The translations under genes and the position numbers were made by a program. A stretch of 63,967 nucleotides of DNA, the filler included, from Circinaria calcarea (taxonomy: Eukaryota): the NCBI GenBank assembly GCA_051942165.1. It is 3 parts of 3 records of this genome, joined end to end, with 100 filler letters (N's around TTAATTAATTAA, not from the genome) between each part and the next. Parts side by side here need not be neighbours in the genome. Positions count along the whole stretch, not along the records: positions 46,912 to 63,967 come from JAVECS010000286.1; 2 more parts are not named here. One strand, given 5' to 3'. Shown here piece after piece: positions 55,679-63,967 of this stretch; the stretch's first letter is position 1; each line of letters begins with the position of its first letter. The notes below the pieces were generated by a model. It saw nothing but the letters and a program-made list of their open reading frames with translations, was not told the DNA's origin and did no database searches.

Positions 55679-58426
55679 TTCCTGGTCTTGCACCGTTCAT
55701 TGAATGGAACAGGAACCTCGGAGTTAAGATCGTACCACCTGTGCGCTTATCCAGCTATGTATTAAGTCGACGCACCCAAGCACTATACGAACCTTGGTTT
55801 ACGGACTTTCACTCTAGCAGTGATGGCGAAAGTAGGACGTACATATACCAAAGACTTGTGGCAATTGCCTGGAACAGAGGAGTTATCTCAAAGTATGGGA
55901 AAAAGTACACTTTTAGGTAGGTGTGATATTCTGGGCTTTCGTTCTGTAAACCTACAGAACATTTCTTCTCACTTCTGCTCCGCTTGCTATCACACTACCC
56001 CTGTTTCGATATATGTTCATATATGTCGAAGGTCAACAAAGCTAATCTCATCCTCCCTAAGTACTGGCATTGCTTCAACGACTCCGCATGCCACTAGGAT
56101 ATCAATTTCGTAATTATTTGTATTGTGCTGTCTATTGGTCTACAGAGGTGTATTCTAAAGTATCCTCACTTGAGATAAAGTAAAAAGAGAACTTCATGTG
56201 TGGATCCATTCATTTACTCTATCTTGTCCATTCACCGGAAGAATAATGTACAAAGGAGTTATAAGAACGCCTCCACTACCGGGTTATCTGGAGTTGATTC
56301 TCAATACATTGAAACTCAAACAAGCAAGATAACCGAAAACCGATACCATTCCCTCATTCAACTATCAACACTCTCATCGGTACTTCTTTCCGACATGCAC
56401 TTGTCGCCGCAGTTTCCTACAGAAATCGTCTTAGCCTTACTATCTGCTAGCCTACCGTTCGCTGCAGCAACTGATGATGATACGGTCGTCGTGATTGGAA
56501 GTCTTAGCAGTACAGCACAAAGAACCAAAGACCTGAGCAGTGTCGCGAGTCTCCTTGGCCGTCACAGCTACAGAAGGGGAATTCATCACTCACATAAACA
56601 ATCAAGAGCGGCTAAAGGGGTTGGTGATCTGCATACCGATGGCCCATACTATTGGCTAATAAGTACAGGTGGACGATGGACCTGCGAGAATCGACATCGA
56701 AACGTTTAGTGATAAAAGTGCACCGAAGTACAAGTACAATATGGTACAAGAATAATGATGTCCATTATAGTAGGGGTTATTCTGCCTTTCAGGTATTTTA
56801 GACAGAAGAGACTACAGGTTACAGAGAATACGTTCCTTTTCTACAGTTACTGAATCAACAACACTCTCACGGGCAATGAGGTGCTGGAATTTAGTGGGGA
56901 GGGTAACAAACGAGATTGCTGGCACGGCCGACTCAAATGCTCCTGCCGGTTGCTATATCACCGGGGCATACTCTTGTTGTGGGCTCCGGAAGACTACTGA
57001 CTGTGAGACCAACTCAACCTAGAAGGATTTCCGAGAGGGTTGGTAACCCTTTGCTGCCGTCATTTTATCTTTACTGAGAAGGTGTACCAGGGTTCTGAAG
57101 ATTCAACGCTCGATGATACAACATATCGCAGGGAAGGCTACCCCGAAAGATGTATCGGATGATCGAGACCAAACCTTTTGCAGCGACATCACTAAAGACA
57201 GAGTATGCAAGCCTAGCTTCTTCATGGACAGCGTCCGCTTCAGTTGCAAGGTTTACAGAGGCGATCTGAATTTCAGCCTAGATGGCACAAGTGAATCTGT
57301 GGCCTACACCACCAACGGGTCCTTTCACGGTTGTCAAAAACCTGCGCAGCTCTAAATAATATTCAAGCCACTCAGGATCGGAACCTGTCTGTATACGCTC
57401 CAGATTCTCAGGATAATGGAGCTGCAAATATCGGTATTTCAGTTATACTCTCAAGTGTCTGATTTGGAGATTATTCAGATTATCTCGTTTGATACGAATA
57501 CCACGAAAACTTTACGTTGCATAATGTGCATTACGACAGTGGTATATACGCACATACGCTTCGCCGAACTATAAGATGTATAGGGTGATCTATATCAAGC
57601 AGCGCCTCTCCAGAAATGAAGTTATAGAATTCAGCATAGGGAGCGTACGTACTCATCCAGATCTTCCTTCTAAGCCGAAGATTTTTTCCTATCGATTGTT
57701 ACTATCAGTTGTGCTTTGGTTTTCCAAGTTTCGAAGCCGTCAAGAATTTGAAAGTCCGTCAGAGGTCAGAAAATGTTTACGGCCACTCAAAAGGTCCGTG
57801 TATTGTTTGCTGCTCTTCGAGGCCATCACTAATGTTTACTGCAGGAAGCCGGTATCATAACAGTTGATACGTTAGCATAAGTTCAAGTGTCTGCCCGGAC
57901 GGTAAGCAATATATGATTTTACCCGTAGTAAAGGATACAAGTTTGACACTGATAGGACTAGCATCTACTAGAGTTGCACGCTTGCAATAATGTTGTGCTG
58001 TAACTGCACATTTGCCATGTGTTTGGTTCCGTGGCATTATCTTAGGTGAATTTTGCGCTCCCCAGTACCGCATGGCATTTCGTTACTGTTGAACTGAGGC
58101 CATTTCGAATAGGATATTTGTAAGGGAGTTGGATACCCCGTATATGCACATTCTAGATTTCAGGGTAAAGGGGGATATGGCCATGGAGCAGAATGGGGCA
58201 ACGGACTTTAGCGGAACCATATTCGTATAGGTCTTCAATGATCGGACTTGATATCAAGTTATCCTTGATAAACGTTGTACTGTGTGTGTAAACAAGGGCA
58301 TGTGATAATCACCGATGCGGAGCTAGCACTCTAAGAACGACGCTACGGCCCGATCTCTCCGGCGCAAGGTACCGAAATAAATCTTCAATTATGACGCATC
58401 CATTGTCAGAAGTTCGAGAAGTTCAA

Positions 58427-59322
58427 ATGATCACAAGCATCACTGTCGGGGTATTAGCTCTGCAAGGTGCCTTCTTCGAGCACCTTAAGCTCTTGCAGCA
58501 AGCAGCCGCAGCGCTTCCCTCTGACTCCGCGACGCAATGGGAGTTTGTGGAAGTGCGCAATCCTCCGGAGCTGGCGCGATGCAACGCGTTGATTATTCCG
58601 GGCGGGGAGAGCACGACCATGTCGCTAGTGGCTTCGAGGTCGGGGTTGCTGGAGCCGTTGAGAGAATTTGTAAAGTATTAAGTCTGTCTGTCGGAACCGC
58701 GATGTTGGAGACTAAAGCACTGGACAGAGTTCACCGTAAACCCACATGGGGCACATGCGCCGGATTGATTCTCCTCGCCGAGTCTGCAAATCGAACGAAG
58801 AAAGGCGGACAAGATCTCATTGGCGGTTTAGACGTCCGGGTCAATAGGAATCATTTTGGAAGGCAGACGGAGAGCTTCGAGGCCGATGTTGAGTTGCCGT
58901 TCTTGGGTACCGTTGCCAGTGGTGAAGAATCTAGTAAAGGGTCGGATCCGTTCAGGGGCATTTTCATCCGTGCTCCTGTTGTGGAGAAACTCTTGCCAGT
59001 AGTAAGCGGAGAGCAAGCCCAAGAAGCCACAAGAGCAGATACTGTGATTGCACCCTCACGGCCTGCTGCAGGGGACGCTGCAAAACTGGCCGTGGAGCAG
59101 CCAGTTGAGATTATGGCAATTCTCCCGGGGCGAGGAGCGCGATTAGCGGCCAAGCTAAACCCTGACTGCGCTGATAAAGAGACCGGGGACATCATTGCCG
59201 TGCGGCAGGGCAACGTCTTTGGGACCAGTTTCCATCCCGAGTTGACGCAGGATGCAAGAATTCATATTTGGTGGCTGTTGCAAGTTGAAGGAGCCATTCG
59301 GAACAGGGCGGGTGATGAGTAA
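58427..59322 (+). CDS. PDX2: Pyridoxal 5'-phosphate synthase glutaminase subunit
   Basis: Motifs VGVLALQGAF, IIPGGEST, WGTCAGLI, RNHFGRQ, FIRAP and FHPELT; one intron at about 58675-58728. Start is 58391 or 58427. Confidence 0.95.
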
Positions 59323-59520
59323 GACCCATGTTTGTAAGGCGTTTCAGGAATGGATTCTTTGTATTGCATAGCGTGGTGCGTTGGTCGGCATGAAATGAAA
59401 ATAGATGAATTGGGTATATAGAGAACTAGAAGGATAATCCCCCTGGATTATGCGTACATCTGAGCGACCATGCATCAATGCAACGCCAAACGCCATGCTC
59501 ACTGTCAAAAGTCCTAGCTT

Positions 59521-60310
59521 TCACCTGCCTCTCCCATATTCCTCTTCTTCCTTTTGCCGTTCAGCATCGACAGCACGACCGTAGCCTCCCCGTCCAGGGT
59601 CGAACTCGTCTCGATACTCATCACGAACTTGGCCACCTGACTTACCTCTCCTGCCCAATCAGTTAGCAGCGGCCCAAGGTCGTAGAATTTCTTACTTGAG
59701 AACGCACCCGTACTGCCTGCCCTCCTGGAACCCCGGATCTAAATCTGTTCGGATAATCCGCTCATCCAACTTGGTGCCGCCGATGTATTTCATACAGTCC
59801 AAAGCATCTTGATGAGTGTAGTACTCGACAAAGCAGAAACCGCAAGGGGTTTTGTTGAATCGGTCTAGACCCATTACGAGCCGCTTAATCTCTCCGCATC
59901 TAGTCGAGGTTAGTAGATTGCTATACCGCCCATGGAAGGTTTGATATACTTTGCAAATAGCTCATGTATCTGCTCCTCCGTGGTGAAAAAGGATCTGTCT
60001 AGCATTCAGCAAACCGATTCCTCGGGCATTCTTCCATCCATTGAACACTGACAGGTTGCCCACATATAGCGTTGTAGCATCTTTCAAAGGGTCCTCTTGT
60101 TCCTCGGGCGTCTTGTCTCGCTCTTCGCGATCATCTCGGTCTCTATCGGACTTCCGCTTCTTGTTCTGGAAAAGAAGGCCGTTCATCAGTGATACTCCCG
60201 CGGTGTAGATATCACATATCCTATCTACGGGAAAGGGAATATACTTTGCCTAAATAGTAAGCACTTGGTTTGTCAAGCCGGTCGACGGTATTGCGCATAA
60301 TTGCTGGCAT
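59521..60310 (-). CDS. CBC2: Nuclear cap-binding complex small subunit CBP20
   Basis: Exons give [42 protein letters not shown] and [14 protein letters not shown]. Confidence 0.95.
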
Positions 60311-60559
60311 TGTGGTAGTTAATGTTCTTTTTGAAGGTTGCTGAAAATACGGCTGGCGCCTCGCTACAACGCGGGTGTATTTTGGAAGCTTTGATCCTTG
60401 CAATCCACAAATACGGAGTAAATACCGGCGCGTACCCCGAATTTATAGTGTCAATTCGTACAGCATCATCGCCGTCTATCCCAATCGATTTGAGATAGGG
60501 TAGGGTATTCGGTTGCGCGGAGAACAAGAAATAATTGTGCAGGTTTGGGAAAGGCTGAA

Positions 60560-63491
60560 ATGCCAAGAGTCATCAGCTACACCCCTTCCTGGCTGTCAAG
60601 ACCGTCGCCGGGATTCCGCCTTTTCACTTCTGCTCAGGGGAAGTCACTCTCCGGCAAAGTCAATGGAAAGGATCTGAGAAGGTCTACGAATGGAAGCTCG
60701 AGCAAGGAGGAATATGTGGGTCCTTCACGATTAATCGCACGGCGGGGAACTGAGATATTCGTGGTGGTGGACAATACCATACGATGGTCAGATCTTTGCA
60801 TGCTGAAAGAAGTCTGGGAGGAGTGCGAGCAGGAAGGTAACAGATATAGAAGCCCCAGAAAACTTGAGCAAGATCAACAGCAGGATAGTGAAGAGGGGTC
60901 GAAAGAGGACTGCTACAAGGTAGGCTATCTTGGCTTATTATCTTCAGTTAAGCTCATCCATCCTGTCTAGGTCCTCACAGTCCCAGTTCACGAGAAAATC
61001 CGGCAGCTGATTCCATCGCCAAATGGAGAGCTCCTAGCCATTCTGACCTCGCACACCATCCACATCGCCATCCTTCCCGACTCCTCCCACCTAACTCAAC
61101 CCGACTCAGGACCCGTCCGCCTCAAAACTCATACCCTTGGCCCTACCACACATGTTTTATCGCAGTCGCCAATCGTGACTGCACTATGGCATCCACTTGG
61201 TGTTGGAGGGGATTGCATAGTAACGGTCACCGCAGAGGCCGTCGTCCGTGTTTGGGAGCTAGATAGAGGGAACCGTTGGTCATTTGACAGCCCTAACTTG
61301 GCTTTTGACCTGAAAAAGGTGGCATATGGCAAGTGCTCAGAGGATGATTTCAGCCCTATTGATCTCAAAGTTAACAGGGGCTTTTCCCTCGATGGACTCG
61401 GCATGGAGGTTGCGTCTGCTTGCTTCGGAGGTACTGGTTCAGAAGACGAGTCCGGATGGTCATCGATGACCTTATGGATAGCTATGAAGGAGGGGGATGT
61501 CTATGCACTTTGCCCCCTTTTGCCTTCCAAATGGCAGCCACCTAGCACCCTTGTTCCTAGATTGACCACCACTGTTGCAGCGAAAGCAGCCATTCAAGAG
61601 GAGGAATTGGGATCTCTGGAAGAACGACGTCAATCGGATGAGCAATATCAATGGCTTGCCGCGATTGATAAGCAAGACCCGATTTCGCTTCTTGGTAAAT
61701 TTGGCACTTCCACCGGGGTCAGCATATATGACCGGCCGTCCAGTCCTGGTCCAATTCCTAAACTACAGGGGCCTTTTCGGATCCTTCCTGACGAGGAAGA
61801 TCAAGATCTAGAACTTGCCAGTATCCATGTGATTGCATCGAAGCTTGATATGGAAGGGCTTATGGATGATGAGGATGATGAGTATGCCAGCTTCGAAGAG
61901 GACGACCGAGATGGGCTATCTGCTTCGGTGATATGTCTCATGACAACAAACGGTAGATTACATATTTGCCTAGACTTGGATGGAGTAGAGGCACAATGGC
62001 TACCATCAAAAAAGGTAAACGCTACAATTGAGGGTCATGAATGTGTACGCTAATGGAATATATCATGTAGCTCGAACTCAAGTACAAACCTGAAGAAGAG
62101 CCTCAGCCGGAGTTGGTGCTCCTTGAAGCGCTGGATACCTTACGACCAGAAGACACTTCGAAATCCGAATGGCCTACATTTACCCCTGATGTAGGCTCAC
62201 GCTATTCTTTTTTTACTACCTATAGTAAAGGTGTTTTCTTCTTCTTACTATCTCCGTGGATTAAAAACCTTGAAAAGGAACTTCAGAACAGTAGTAATGT
62301 AGGTACCCAATTCAGATTGGATATTTTAACCAAAGGCTCTGGCACGTTGCGAGAGCGCATTCTAGAGATTGAGCAATCGGATGAAGGTTCCGAAGAAGCT
62401 GTCTCTGCGTGTATTGTCTTGCAGGATTCGGATTTGGGCTACTTTCTTCTTACGGCTTCAGGGGAGCAATCTCAAGCAGTCGACCTTGACGCCCCCGACG
62501 ATAGTCTCCTTCCAGAAATCAGCGGCACCACTGATCTTGACCTCGAGCCGGATTTCAAACTATTAACTATGGGCCCAGCTAGAACAGCATACCAACCACC
62601 CGAGTCATTGTGGGCGGAATCAGCCCTCCCGACATTCCTTGATCAGAATGCTTCTGGCCGTCATAAGAAAACCTTCAAAGAAGAAATCCGTCTCTCAAGT
62701 CTCACACTCGGTCTCATGACTGAAGCCCATCGTATCTTGAGTGAGGAAACCTATCAGTTAGGGATCGCAGCAGCAGATCTCTTCCGTCGTTGCGAGCGCT
62801 TGGTGGATGAATTTCGAGATCAGATACGTCGGGTCAGAGATACGGCGTTGCGGATTGATCAGATGAACGATGAGGATGCCGATGACTATGAAGAGAAAGA
62901 CACGGCTAGAGGGAGTGCGAAGATTGAAGAGCGATTAGAACAGGCAAAAGCAAGGCAGGAAAATATTATCGCAAGGCATGAGGCTCTGAGGAAGAAGTTA
63001 ACAAGTGCATGTCGAAGGGATTTGAGTGAAAAGGAGAAAGCTTTCATAAGCGAAGTAGATACGCTGGGTAAAGTTCTGCTCGAGGCAGATGATAAGGAAG
63101 AGAAGGATAACGGAGGGAGGAAACAGGAACCTTGGCGGAGATATGCAGAGGTATGTCAATACTGCAAATGGGTCACTGCCATGTAACTAATCGGGTACAT
63201 ATAGGCACGAAAACTCGCCGACGAACTCATCTCTCACGCTAAAAATATTGCTGATGACGGCCAATCTACAAACGATACGAATAGCACATTCAAGATCCCG
63301 CCTGACATAAGAAAAGTCAAGGTGGCGCAGGTGATGACGTTGTTGGATCGAGAGTACGTTTGTTTTTCCTAGTCCCACACCAAAGCTAGAAAGTTGTCCA
63401 TCAAACTGACTATTGCTCCTCTGTTAGATCTGCGCTCGTCAACGCCGCACATGAGAGACTGGAGCGCTTGAGTCTGGCTTCTGTGATTTAG
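60560..63491 (+). CDS. NUP82: Nucleoporin Nup82/Nup88-like (multi-exon)
   Basis: Beta-propeller-like N-terminus (IRQLIPSPNG, ALWHPLG, TLWIAMKEGDVYALCP) and a C-terminal coiled coil; four GT-AG introns. Confidence 0.8.
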
Positions 63492-63967
63492 CCCGGGTTA
63501 GTTTTTTTGGTGATGGGATGAATGGAATTCTTTGGATATGCTGGTGTTTTTTTTTTTTTGGACGTTTTTAAGAGTCTTTTTGGAAGGAGAAGAAGACAAG
63601 GCAGTAAGATGCGCTCGGGCATTTGATTGATACCTTCCCTGGGACCCTTGGCTTATGAAGGAATGATCAGCCTAATAATAACTGCATATAAGTGTGTTAT
63701 CGCATCCGCATCGTTGGTAAATCACTTTCATAACCCACCACTCCCCCTCCCCTTCCACCCCACTCGCAAGAATAACAATAAAAATAAAAACATGTCCCCC
63801 GCAGTCTTCACTTCCACATACCCAACATCTTTTTTTTTCAATTCAATTCAATTCAATTCGGTTTCGAACCCGTTATCCCGCCACCCCCAAACTTTTTTTC
63901 AAAAAAAATTCCCTCCTTCCCCCAGGTTTTGCTTTCTCTGTCCTTTCTCTGTCTTTTCTCCTAACTT

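Noticed and set aside
56200..58100. Short ORFs including a signal-peptide-like segment (MHLSPQFPTEIVLALLSASLPFAAA)
   Set aside because: I could not build a coherent gene model; at most a remnant of a secreted-protein gene.
59521..60310. Functional link between host CBP20 or Med20 and the element's capping and transcription genes
   Set aside because: They are ordinary intron-containing housekeeping genes on a different contig; the proximity is an artefact of concatenation.

Overview
The window contains three separate contigs joined by artificial N44-TTAATTAATTAA-N44 spacers (23372-23471 and 46812-46911), so adjacency across the spacers is not biological evidence. Contigs 1 (1-23371) and 3 (46912-63967) are ordinary intron-containing filamentous-ascomycete nuclear DNA. 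They carry a CorA-like membrane protein, kinesin-1, RAD6/UBC2, a thiolase, TLG2, calmodulin, a Med20-like gene, nudE, a PPTase, SNO1/PDX2, CBP20 and a Nup82-like gene, plus an accessory stretch with pseudogenes. Contig 2 (23472-46811) is the main result. It is intron-free, gene-dense and has identical 141-bp ends that fall inside the DNA polymerase gene, so it assembles as a 23,199-bp circle (or a collapsed tandem array). It encodes its own replication module: an RNA-primed-type family B DNA polymerase, a D5-like SF3 helicase, RNase H1 and a degenerate UDG. It also encodes its own transcription module: minimal Rpb1-like and Rpb2-like subunits, a capping enzyme fused to a TFIIS-type zinc ribbon, and a possible TBP-like protein. 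Fungal-type cargo (F-box proteins, an APH-like pseudokinase) is present, but I recognise no capsid, packaging ATPase or integrase. Its intergenic regions share a palindrome upstream of genes (GCAAC-N3-GTTGC) and a palindrome downstream of genes (TTTTAAAA). It looks like a miniature, possibly capsid-less, nucleocytovirus-like DNA replicon associated with a fungus. All calls rest on motif recognition by eye; no database searches were run.
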